Below are positions 26,942 to 33,292 of a DNA stretch of 33,292 bases, one piece after another (position 1 is the stretch's first letter; every line of letters begins with the position of its first letter). The position numbers were made by a program, and so were the translations under genes. Origin of the DNA: an uncultured Candidatus Poseidoniales archaeon. GTDB taxonomy: Archaea > Thermoplasmatota > Poseidoniia > Poseidoniales > Thalassarchaeaceae. The DNA lies in the NCBI GenBank assembly GCA_964608795.1, contig CAZSPJ010000002.1:1-33292 (forward strand), written 5' to 3'. The notes under the pieces are model-generated. The model was not told the origin of the DNA. It saw only the letters and a list, made by a program, of their open reading frames with translations, and searched no databases.

Positions 26942-27175
26942 ATGGTCGACGAGGGCATAGTCTCCCTCAACCTGCTTGGATTCCTCTGCCCAGTTCCGGT
27001 GCACGAGACCCGTAAGGCGGTCGAGGAAGCAACCCAAGGCACGCTTTTCGAGGTCTTGTGCGATGACCCGGAGACACTTCACGACATCCCTGCCCTTTGC
27101 GACCGTATGGGGCTGGTGCTGCTGGGCGTGAGCGAGGATGCGGGGGAGTACGCTTTTCGCATCGAGAAGCGGTAG
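26942..27175 (+). CDS. TusA/SirA-family sulfur-carrier-like protein
   Basis: 77-aa ORF with LLGFLCPVPV (the CPxP active-site motif) and a two-layer alpha/beta pattern that includes DDPETLHDIPALC. Confidence 0.8.
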   Translation: MVDEGIVSLNLLGFLCPVPVHETRKAVEEATQGTLFEVLCDDPETLHDIPALCDRMGLVLLGVSEDAGEYAFRIEKR

Positions 27176-27212
27176 GCTGCTTGGATATTGTTCAAAGGGA
27201 GGGTTCTTCTCG

Positions 27213-27860
27213 GTGGTCACCGTGCCCGACCAGTACAACGTCAACGAACTCGGGGAGGTCCCAGCGGATGCTCGCCTCCCGACGTCGTATGGCGACTTCC
27301 GCATCAGGGTGTTCCACGAAGAAATCTCGGGCCTGGACCACGTGGCACTAACCTTGGGAGACATGAATGGGCCGGACCCAGTACTCGTCAGGGTGCACTC
27401 CGAATGCCTGACTGGGGATGCATTCGGCAGCCTCAGGTGCGACTGCGGAGCCCAGTTGGATGCCGCGATGAGACAGATTCACGATGTCGGCTGGGGCTGC
27501 CTCGTCTATCTCAGGCAGGAGGGACGCGGCATAGGGCTGCATGCCAAGATACAGGCATACAACCTGCAGGACCACGGTGCTGACACGTTGGATGCCAACC
27601 TCCTACTGGGTCATCCTGCCGATGCGAGGGACTACGGAATCGCCTCAGTGATACTAAGTGCTCTGGGAATCGCTGGCGTCTGTCTGCTAACGAACAATCC
27701 TGACAAGGTAGCGCAACTGGGTCAGCATGGGGTCGACATAGTCGAGAGGATGCCCCTAGTAGTCGGAGTGGGAGATCAGAATCGCAGATACCTGACCACC
27801 AAAGTAGACAGGATGGGGCATGAGATTGAGGAAGATATTCTCGGCGGTAAAGAGCGTTAG
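27213..27860 (+). CDS. ribA: GTP cyclohydrolase II (RibA)
   Basis: Close motif identity with bacterial RibA: LPTSYGDFRIRVF, VLVRVHSECLTGDAFGSLRCDCGAQL (zinc Cys triad), YLRQEGRGIGL, DARDYG, LLTNNPDKV, VERMPL. The start is taken at GTG 27213, which has GGGAGGG 9 nt upstream. The alternative ATG 27138 would overlap the TusA-like gene by 38 nt. Confidence 0.85.
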   Translation: MVTVPDQYNVNELGEVPADARLPTSYGDFRIRVFHEEISGLDHVALTLGDMNGPDPVLVRVHSECLTGDAFGSLRCDCGAQLDAAMRQIHDVGWGCLVYLRQEGRGIGLHAKIQAYNLQDHGADTLDANLLLGHPADARDYGIASVILSALGIAGVCLLTNNPDKVAQLGQHGVDIVERMPLVVGVGDQNRRYLTTKVDRMGHEIEEDILGGKER

Positions 27861-27862
27861 AA

Positions 27863-27938
27863 TGGGGCCGTGACCGGGACTTGAACCCGGGCCGGCGGGA
27901 CCACAACCCACCGTGCTAACCGCTACACCATCACAGCC
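27863..27938 (-). tRNA. tRNA-His (anticodon GUG) with genome-encoded G-1 and 3' CCA
   Basis: The reverse complement reads G(-1)-GCTGTGA-TG-GTGT-AGCGGTTA-GCAC-G-GTGGG-TTGTGGT-CCCGC-CGGC-CCGGG-TTCAAGT-CCCGG-TCACGGC-C-CCA. The anticodon loop carries GTG. The extra 5' G opposite discriminator C73 is the His identity element. Confidence 0.9.
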
Positions 27939-28045
27939 GTATTGGCGACTTGGACCCAATGCCTGTTTATCAACCGTTACACACGCGAGGCATGATGCAC
28001 CTGAGACCAACGGATTGAAGCCCTGCGCTCTACCGTTGCAGTGCT

Positions 28046-30421
28046 ATGAGGGCTCGTTCTGGAGTCGTGCTCGTCGTCCTGTTTGTGGCTAGCATGGCAC
28101 CTGTGGTGCCATTCGCCGCAGCGGACACGGTAATCGGAGCCGAGGGCGTCGAACTGCTCGAGGCTGGTGACTTCTCTGACTCTGGCCTGTGGCAGATAGC
28201 CGGCACTGCCGGGTTCTCCGGAGATGCAGCCGATTACTCGTTGGGCATGGTGGCTGACGGCGAACTGTCATTCACCCATGACAGGCCTGACAACTTTCAG
28301 TATGCGACCTCATGGGCCTCATACAGCATCACGAACTCCAACGCAACTCTGGGCGAGCCGGATTCTTACTACACATGGTCGAAGGGGCCTAACATAACAA
28401 TGACAGGATACGACTTCAGCGGACTGCACGGGATGCAGATTGCGAATATCTCCCTCGTGCTGCACTTCTCTATTCCCGATACCCTAAACCAAGACTCAGT
28501 CAGGGTCATCCTGCAGAATCACGGCTCGGACAAACTGGTCGTGACCTACGCGCGCACCTTCGGGCCGATATACAGGATGACCAATCCGATGGTCCTGTCG
28601 CTCGACGGACTGGCTCTAGCAGGCTGGTCATCTCTAGAGGGTACCCAGTTCACCATCGATTACGTCTCCACCGGGACCAGCGACGACTCCGAGGTCAGGG
28701 TGGATGCAGCAGGCCTCCGAGTGAAGTACCACCAACCTTGGTACTCGTTTGAGACTGTCAAGGCCGTCAACACAGTCGGCGGTGTGGACTCCCCCGTCAT
28801 CGACATTGGCCCGTACAATGGGACGATTTCGGGGCTCTCGCAGGAGTCATGTGGGCTCGTTCCCGAGGGCCCTGTCACCGGCGAATGGTCTTTCGATGTG
28901 GAAGTACCACCACTGCAGCAGCTTGGCAGGATACACGTATTCGGCACCGGTAACCACACAATATGGGCGCTGCCTGATGATGTGGACGGAGATTACACGC
29001 AGATCCAATCCGGCGGTTCGCTGGACGGACCAGATTCACTCCAGCACATCCGGATAGACATCGAGGACGGGTGCGTCTCAGGCGCTCGGATTGACGTCAA
29101 CGACCCTCATCTGGTGGTTCAGGGCCACGTCTCAGGGGCACTGGGCGGCTTGGCGGACACCAGTTACATCAGATTCGCCGTCGGCAGCAGCCTAGTGGCC
29201 AGCATACCACTCCAGTACGGCGCGTTCTCGGTGGACGTGCCTGTAGGGCATGCGCTGCCAGGACGTGGTGGCGAGATGATAGTGGGTGTCGCTTCAAGGT
29301 TCCAATGGTCATCGAACGGGACGGCTGAAGCAACTGTCGTCCATATCCAATCAATGACTATCACAGGTGGTTACTCTGTGCATTGGGACTACGACCCAGA
29401 ATGCCTCGGACTCGAGGATATGTCATTCAACGAGGACGATTCCGGGGTCCACCTCCCCATGGACATCAGGTGTAACGACGACTTGACTGCTCCAGAGGAC
29501 CTCGTCCTAAGTGCGACCAGTTCCAATTCGGGCATCATCGAAGCTAGCGTGGTCGACCAGTACATCAGGATACAACCAGTCCGGGACGCTTGGGGCGAGG
29601 TCAGCATCGAAGTGGTTGTCAGCGATGCTCTTGGAAACTCCTGGTCAGATTCGATGATGGTGACAGTCACGCCAGTCGAGGACCCACCGGTGCTCGATGG
29701 CCTACCTCTAATCGTCTACATCGAACTGGGACAAACGATGGTGGTCGATCTTACAGTCACCGACCCGGACACCGAATCGCTGTCACTGGCGGCCAGCAGG
29801 TCTTGGGCCACTTTCGACTCTGCAGGTGACTTGGTTCTGACGCCAGTAGATTCTGGCTCGCACACAGTCACCATATCAATCAGTGACGGTACCAACGAGA
29901 TCGTTCAGGACATAGAAGTCATCGTGACCGCAAAACCCGACCTGCTGGTGGAGATGATTGACGTGAGGAGAGATGGCGTCAGCGTGACGAATCTAGTTGA
30001 TGGCGACATCATCGAGATTCACGCTTACATCAGGAACGAGGGGCGCGGAGGTGCTGATGCTGTGGACATCAAATGCAGAGTGGAGGGGGTCCTAGTGGGC
30101 GCGGTGATGATTGATCGCATCGAGTCCGGTGGGCTCGGCGTAGCCGTCTGTGACGCACAGGTCGCAAGAGACGGCGGGACTGTGACAATCGAAGTGGTAG
30201 CCGACGGAACGGGATCGATAGCAGAGACCTCAGAGAGCAATAACGACCGCATCGTCGTACTGGACGTAGCGGAGAGCGAAGATGAAGGGGGCGGCATCAT
30301 AGACTCAATAGACAGAGGACCGGCTTTGCTCTTCATCTCCGTGGGAGTGATACTCATCTCACTCACAGCCCTGTATTTTAGCCCTAGCAGAGTGCGCAAG
30401 CCCTTCGAGCGTAGGAAGTAG
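28046..30421 (+). CDS. Large exported surface protein with cadherin/Big-like and CARDB domains and a C-terminal membrane anchor
   Basis: 791-aa ORF with signal-like MRARSGVVLVVLFVASMAPVVPFAAA. Ig-like repeats are VVVSDALGNSWSDSMMVTVTPVEDPP and TVTISISDGTNEIVQDIEVIVT. The CARDB-like domain is KPDLLVEMIDV...IRNEGRGGADAVDIKCRV...SGGLGVAVCDA...ETSESNNDRIVVLDV. The C-terminal TM is PALLFISVGVILISLTALYF followed by basic RVRKPFERRK. The N-terminal ~450 aa carries no motif I recognise. Confidence 0.8.
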   Translation: MRARSGVVLVVLFVASMAPVVPFAAADTVIGAEGVELLEAGDFSDSGLWQIAGTAGFSGDAADYSLGMVADGELSFTHDRPDNFQYATSWASYSITNSNATLGEPDSYYTWSKGPNITMTGYDFSGLHGMQIANISLVLHFSIPDTLNQDSVRVILQNHGSDKLVVTYARTFGPIYRMTNPMVLSLDGLALAGWSSLEGTQFTIDYVSTGTSDDSEVRVDAAGLRVKYHQPWYSFETVKAVNTVGGVDSPVIDIGPYNGTISGLSQESCGLVPEGPVTGEWSFDVEVPPLQQLGRIHVFGTGNHTIWALPDDVDGDYTQIQSGGSLDGPDSLQHIRIDIEDGCVSGARIDVNDPHLVVQGHVSGALGGLADTSYIRFAVGSSLVASIPLQYGAFSVDVPVGHALPGRGGEMIVGVASRFQWSSNGTAEATVVHIQSMTITGGYSVHWDYDPECLGLEDMSFNEDDSGVHLPMDIRCNDDLTAPEDLVLSATSSNSGIIEASVVDQYIRIQPVRDAWGEVSIEVVVSDALGNSWSDSMMVTVTPVEDPPVLDGLPLIVYIELGQTMVVDLTVTDPDTESLSLAASRSWATFDSAGDLVLTPVDSGSHTVTISISDGTNEIVQDIEVIVTAKPDLLVEMIDVRRDGVSVTNLVDGDIIEIHAYIRNEGRGGADAVDIKCRVEGVLVGAVMIDRIESGGLGVAVCDAQVARDGGTVTIEVVADGTGSIAETSESNNDRIVVLDVAESEDEGGGIIDSIDRGPALLFISVGVILISLTALYFSPSRVRKPFERRK

Positions 30422-30434
30422 CTCAGTAGCCCGG

Positions 30435-30440
30435 TTTTTT
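30435..30440 (+). terminator. Oligo-T tract (T6), candidate archaeal terminator of the 791-aa gene
   Basis: CCGGTTTTTTGC begins 10 nt after the TAG stop (30419-30421). Archaeal termination typically uses oligo-T runs. Confidence 0.4.
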
Positions 30441-30638
30441 GCATCTCCGACCCCCTTTCTGGCCGATAATCGGTGATTTTCAAGGAATGATTATACCATA
30501 CGCGAATCCGAAGAAGGATGCCGCGCAAGGGTGCTTCATGGTGTTTGAGCCGGTGGTGTGTGACTGAGATGATGAAACTGAAGATTCGTTTGGAGACAGA
30601 AGAGTGGGTCTACGAAGAGCATGAGATGGCCTGAGCCC

Positions 30639-31628
30639 TCATTCTTTGGACCAACTCTGCGGGTACGTACCCGGCTCCATCATAACAGCGCGAGCAACTG
30701 CGACTTCTCCGGTCCTCATTTCTGGCAGTGAGTCGGTGTCAACTGTCAACCTAGCTACGGAGACGGCTTCGCCCTTCATGCTCTGCACGAGTACATTGGA
30801 ACCTTCCGATATCCCCTTCTGTGCTCTTACGATACCTGGTCTCGCTAGCGGTGCGCCGTGCGAGAGAGCTGCTGCTGCTCCGTCCTTGACGGTGATGGAG
30901 GGCAGCCCCGAGAGCAGGACCTCGACCGGGGCGATGAGTTTGACCAGTGCGCTGTCATCACCATGCTCCCTGTGCAGGAATGCCGCATCTGTGAGCTGCT
31001 GCATGGTGCAAGCCATGGTTTGGTCGAATGGGCCTGTCTTATCTCTATGCAGCTCGGTCAACTCGCATTTCGTATCCAGTATCAGCCCGATATCCTTTGC
31101 GAGCGTCCTGATGTAGGTCCCGGCGCTGCATGAGGCCTCGAAGGCGGCGATGCGCGAGTCGGTGTCGGATTCCAGCATTCTCAGAGAGTGGATGGTGCGG
31201 GTCCGGACTTGAATCTTGACCGCTGACTCAAGGGGCGGGACATTGAAAATTACACCATTGAGCCGAGCTAGGGTATCTTCGAGTTCGTCGTCGGAGACAT
31301 CCCTGCCGAATCGCATCACCCCGACATACCTCTTGTCGCCCTTGAGAGCTATTTCAGTCAGCCTGGTAGCCTTGCCGCAAAGCAGTGTCAGAAGTCCTGT
31401 AGCGAACGGGTCGAGGGTCCCTCCATGACCTAGCCTCGTGATTCCAAGAGACTCTCTGGCCCAAGCCGCCAACTGGTGGCTGGTGGGTCCTCTGGGCTTC
31501 TCTATTAGCACCACTCCCGATGCCAGCAGTTCATCGAGCGAGCGCTCACTGGGAATGCAGCCGAACCCAGGATTGGTAGAGGCCTTGGAGAGTTCCCAGA
31601 AGTCGCGTTCACCCATCCAACCACTCAT
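30639..31628 (-). CDS. cbf5: tRNA/rRNA pseudouridine synthase Cbf5 (archaeal TruB, H/ACA RNP catalytic subunit) with PUA domain
   Basis: TruB motifs are VVLIEKPRGPTSHQ and GHGGTLDPFATG (catalytic Asp). A C-terminal PUA-like segment is present (VTVKDGAAAALSHGAPL...GEAVSVARL). The ATG (31628) overlaps the cmk stop as ATGA. Confidence 0.9.
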   Translation of the reverse strand: MSGWMGERDFWELSKASTNPGFGCIPSERSLDELLASGVVLIEKPRGPTSHQLAAWARESLGITRLGHGGTLDPFATGLLTLLCGKATRLTEIALKGDKRYVGVMRFGRDVSDDELEDTLARLNGVIFNVPPLESAVKIQVRTRTIHSLRMLESDTDSRIAAFEASCSAGTYIRTLAKDIGLILDTKCELTELHRDKTGPFDQTMACTMQQLTDAAFLHREHGDDSALVKLIAPVEVLLSGLPSITVKDGAAAALSHGAPLARPGIVRAQKGISEGSNVLVQSMKGEAVSVARLTVDTDSLPEMRTGEVAVARAVMMEPGTYPQSWSKE

Positions 31629-32155
31629 CCCAATGCCGTGCTGACGACTCCGAAGACCTCGTCGGCATCCAACTCGTCGGCATCGACGACGAGAGTGTAC
31701 GGGCTCATGTTATCAAGATCAATGTCGTACAGAACACGGTACCTCTCCATGTCATCACTCTGGCGTTGCTTGGAGAACTCCAAACAGGTTTGGTAGTCTC
31801 CGCCCTCACGGTTCTGAATTCTCCTAGCCCTTTCCTCGTCTGAGACCGAGACCCATACTCTGAGGCACTGTAGGCCTAGTTCGTGGGCCCACCAACCGCA
31901 GAGCCTGCTCTCGACTACCTCGGGGCCTTCTGGGTCACTCATTGCATTTCTAAGGACTGTGTCCAAGGAACGGTCTACATCGAGGTCATTCTTGCACAGG
32001 GCACTGAATTCGACCACAGTGAGCCCTCGGTTCGATGCCTCTTCACGGAAAATGTCGCCACCATTGACAGAGGACCAGCCACGGTCCTCGCACAACTTTC
32101 CGACCAGTGTCGAGGTGCCGCTTCCAGGGGGTCCACTGACGGTCAGCCTCAGCAT
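31625..32155 (-). CDS. cmk: Cytidylate kinase, archaeal type
   Basis: The start is taken at ATG 32155 (MLRLTVSGPPGSGTSTLV..., P-loop), giving 176 aa, the normal size. The ORF-track extension to 32278 overlaps the upstream gene. It sits between the DUF106 gene and cbf5, as in the conserved archaeal cluster. Confidence 0.85.
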   Translation of the reverse strand: MLRLTVSGPPGSGTSTLVGKLCEDRGWSSVNGGDIFREEASNRGLTVVEFSALCKNDLDVDRSLDTVLRNAMSDPEGPEVVESRLCGWWAHELGLQCLRVWVSVSDEERARRIQNREGGDYQTCLEFSKQRQSDDMERYRVLYDIDLDNMSPYTLVVDADELDADEVFGVVSTALG

Positions 32156-32159
32156 CCAC

Positions 32160-32167
32160 TCACCTCC
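32160..32167 (-). promoter_or_regulatory. Shine-Dalgarno GGAGGTGA for cmk, embedded in the end of the upstream gene
   Basis: The minus strand reads GAA TGG AGG TGA gtgg ATG. GGAGGTGA includes the stop codon of the DUF106 gene, and its GGAGG core lies 7 nt from the cmk ATG. Confidence 0.5.
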
Positions 32168-33086
32168 ATTCGTTTCGGCACACATCGCACCTGAGCCTGC
32201 CCTTGGATGTCCTCGAGACCATGTTCGAGTCACAGGAGGGGCATACCGTCCCCGACTTGGGGGGCGCTGTAGGGACATTGCCTCTCTTCCTCTGAGGGGA
32301 CGCCTGTGCCTGTCCCCCTGTCTTTCGCGGCCCGTCCCTCCTCCGCTGCGTCCGGCGGGCCCTCGAATCGTCGCTCGTCTTGGCCTTCTGCTCGCTCAGG
32401 AGGTGAAGCAGGGGCTCGGGGACGGGGTCGCCGGCGACAACCAACGGATGGCTCTTGTAGCGGCGAATCTTGATGTGTCGATCGATGATCCTGCCCAGAG
32501 GAGCACTCATCGTAATGTAAGTGGCGATCCAAGCTGGGAAAATCCACATCACCCGGTCGTTGAACGACCACATGGGGGCCCAAGGCAAACTGACGAAATC
32601 AACTCTGAACGACTCCACCGCACTGGCCATCCAACTGAAGATAGCGATGATGAATACCATTGTGAACATCATCGGCCTCATCATCGCCGACTGCATCGCC
32701 ATCTGCTCAGGCATCAGTTCCATCTGCAGCTTCTGCATCTTCTCCGTCCGGGCAGTGTCTCGGGCCATCTGCGCCTCCCTGACCTGCTTGGTAATCTGAC
32801 GATTACGATGGCTGAAGTGGGCCTGCCTCATTGGATCCATGAAGAATGAGCGGATGATTGTGTTGACGACCATGATGCTGGAACCCACGATAAAGACGGT
32901 GGGAACGAAGTAGACCGTGTGGAACGGCAGCAGGGGTTCGATGGCGTAGCCGGCACCATCTGCCAAGAGAATACGAAGACTTGGATTCAGCATCAGCACC
33001 ACCATCATCAGCATTAGGAACAGCATGGGCATCATCATCGATGACATCGACTCGGCCTGCGGGTCACCACCTCCTGCGGAAGCCAT
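32160..33086 (-). CDS. DUF106 / archaeal YidC-like (Oxa1-superfamily, EMC3/Get1-related) membrane protein fused to a basic linker and a C-terminal Zn-ribbon
   Basis: The start is taken at ATG 33086 (MASAGGGDPQAESMSSMMMPMLFLMLMM...). The ORF-track start 33182 overlaps the upstream gene's stop. Topology is TM1, then a coiled-coil hairpin (RNRQITKQVREAQMARDTARTEKMQKLQMELMPEQMAMQ), then TM2 and TM3, as in DUF106. A ~75-aa Arg/Lys/Pro-rich linker follows, then CPSCDSNMVSRTSKGRLRCDVCRNEW (nt 32163-32243). Genomic context (upstream of cmk-cbf5) matches the conserved archaeal cluster. Confidence 0.75.
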   Translation of the reverse strand: MASAGGGDPQAESMSSMMMPMLFLMLMMVVLMLNPSLRILLADGAGYAIEPLLPFHTVYFVPTVFIVGSSIMVVNTIIRSFFMDPMRQAHFSHRNRQITKQVREAQMARDTARTEKMQKLQMELMPEQMAMQSAMMRPMMFTMVFIIAIFSWMASAVESFRVDFVSLPWAPMWSFNDRVMWIFPAWIATYITMSAPLGRIIDRHIKIRRYKSHPLVVAGDPVPEPLLHLLSEQKAKTSDDSRARRTQRRRDGPRKTGGQAQASPQRKRGNVPTAPPKSGTVCPSCDSNMVSRTSKGRLRCDVCRNEWR

Positions 33087-33124
33087 GGGCCCGCGTTTGG
33101 ACCGAGTAGCAAGAACGCTTCGGT

Positions 33125-33141
33125 GGACGCCATAGGCGTCC
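33125..33141 (-). promoter_or_regulatory. Perfect 7-bp stem / 3-nt loop hairpin (GGACGCC-ATA-GGCGTCC) between two minus-strand genes
   Basis: Seen directly in sequence. It lies 14 nt downstream of the stop (33157-33155) of the upstream Zn-ribbon gene and about 40 nt upstream of the DUF106 gene ATG. On the minus-strand RNA it is followed by the U-rich GCGUUCUUGCU. Confidence 0.35.
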
Positions 33142-33154
33142 AAACCAGTTCGCA

Positions 33155-33292
33155 TCAGAACGAATAGCTGCAGACGACGCAAACCGAGGCGCCGATCTCG
33201 GCCTCAGAACCGCATATCGGGCAGACCTCGCCCTCGGGTTCTGGCTCCGGTTCTGGCTCCGGTTCTGGCTCCGGTTCTGGCTCCGGTTCTGG
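33155..33292 (-). CDS. C-terminal fragment of a protein with a (Pro-Glu)10 repeat and a terminal Zn-ribbon; gene begins beyond the right window edge
   Basis: Hand translation of the minus strand, in frame to the window edge, gives (PE)10-GEVCPICGSEAEIGASVCVVCSYSF followed by TGA at 33157-33155. It is not in the ORF track because it is edge-truncated and short. Confidence 0.6.
   Translation of the reverse strand, partial: PEPEPEPEPEPEPEPEPEPEGEVCPICGSEAEIGASVCVVCSYSF
33233..33292. repeat. 12-bp tandem repeat (GGTTCTGGCTCC)n, at least 5 copies, cut by the window edge; encodes the PE dipeptide repeat on the minus strand
   Basis: Direct reading: ctcgggttctgg ctccggttctgg ctccggttctgg ctccggttctgg ctccggttctgg. 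Four units are identical and one is degenerate. Confidence 0.9.

Noticed and set aside
30025-30528. 167-aa minus-strand ORF spanning the end of the 791-aa gene and part of the spacer
   Set aside because: It is mostly antisense to the CARDB and TM-anchor coding region, is Ser/Thr/Pro-rich shadow sequence, and would run through the T6 terminator.
30560-30635. C/D-box sRNA suggested by ATGATGA and several CTGA motifs
   Set aside because: The box spacing is wrong. There are only 2 nt between the C-like box and the next CTGA, and about 55 nt to the terminal CTGA, with no properly spaced C'/D' pair or terminal stem. Neither strand fits the 12-nt guide architecture.
31959-32849. 296-aa + strand ORF and 32230..32583 (-) overlapping cmk and the DUF106 gene
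   Set aside because: These are antisense or off-frame to two genes in a conserved archaeal cluster. The sequence is His/Arg/Pro/Leu-rich and low-complexity.
33233-33292. Regular short repeats at the right edge, considered as a possible CRISPR array or minisatellite
   Set aside because: The 12-bp units are contiguous with no spacers. They are in frame with a coding sequence (the PE dipeptide repeat followed by a Zn-ribbon and a stop), so this is a coding tandem repeat, not a CRISPR array.
1-33292. Search for defence or mobile systems (Cas genes and arrays, restriction-modification, toxin-antitoxin pairs, retron/DGR reverse transcriptases, integrases, transposases, phage genes)
   Set aside because: None of the credible ORFs carries motifs of these families. 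All long ORFs are accounted for by housekeeping, transport, redox or surface functions. No spaced repeats or terminal inverted repeats were seen.

Overview
This is a compact, moderately GC-rich archaeal chromosomal segment. The archaeal assignment rests on RNA polymerase subunit L (Rpo11), aEF-1beta, Cbf5, the conserved DUF106-cmk-cbf5 cluster, archaeal-style tRNAs (A1-U72 tRNA-Gln, tRNA-His with encoded G-1) and an RNase P RNA. The gene content is beta-oxidation enzymes, very large exported proteases and adhesins, COG1033 RND exporters and bacterial-type RibA and DbpA-like genes. That mix resembles marine heterotrophic Thermoplasmatota (Poseidoniales-like), but this is inference only. I support about 31 protein genes (2 edge-truncated, 2 missing from the ORF track), 3 tRNAs and 1 RNase P RNA. 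The RNase P RNA is hidden under five spurious ORFs and a false N-terminal extension of rpiA. Many ORF-track entries are antisense shadows or carry false N-terminal extensions. I found no CRISPR array, integrase, transposase, reverse transcriptase or recognisable defence or toxin module, so the window is mostly housekeeping plus cell-surface genes. The best candidates for undescribed biology are: (1) a tightly coupled operon of HEAT-repeat protein, 94-aa basic orphan and DEAD-box helicase with a DbpA-like tail; (2) a 2026-aa membrane-anchored subtilase with tripeptidyl-peptidase-II-like triad spacing; (3) a methionine-rich DUF106/YidC-like insertase fused to a basic linker and a Zn-ribbon; (4) a translationally coupled thioredoxin-like/VKOR pair; (5) two paralogous COG1033/MMPL-type exporters. 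All functional calls come from motif reading by eye. No database search was run.
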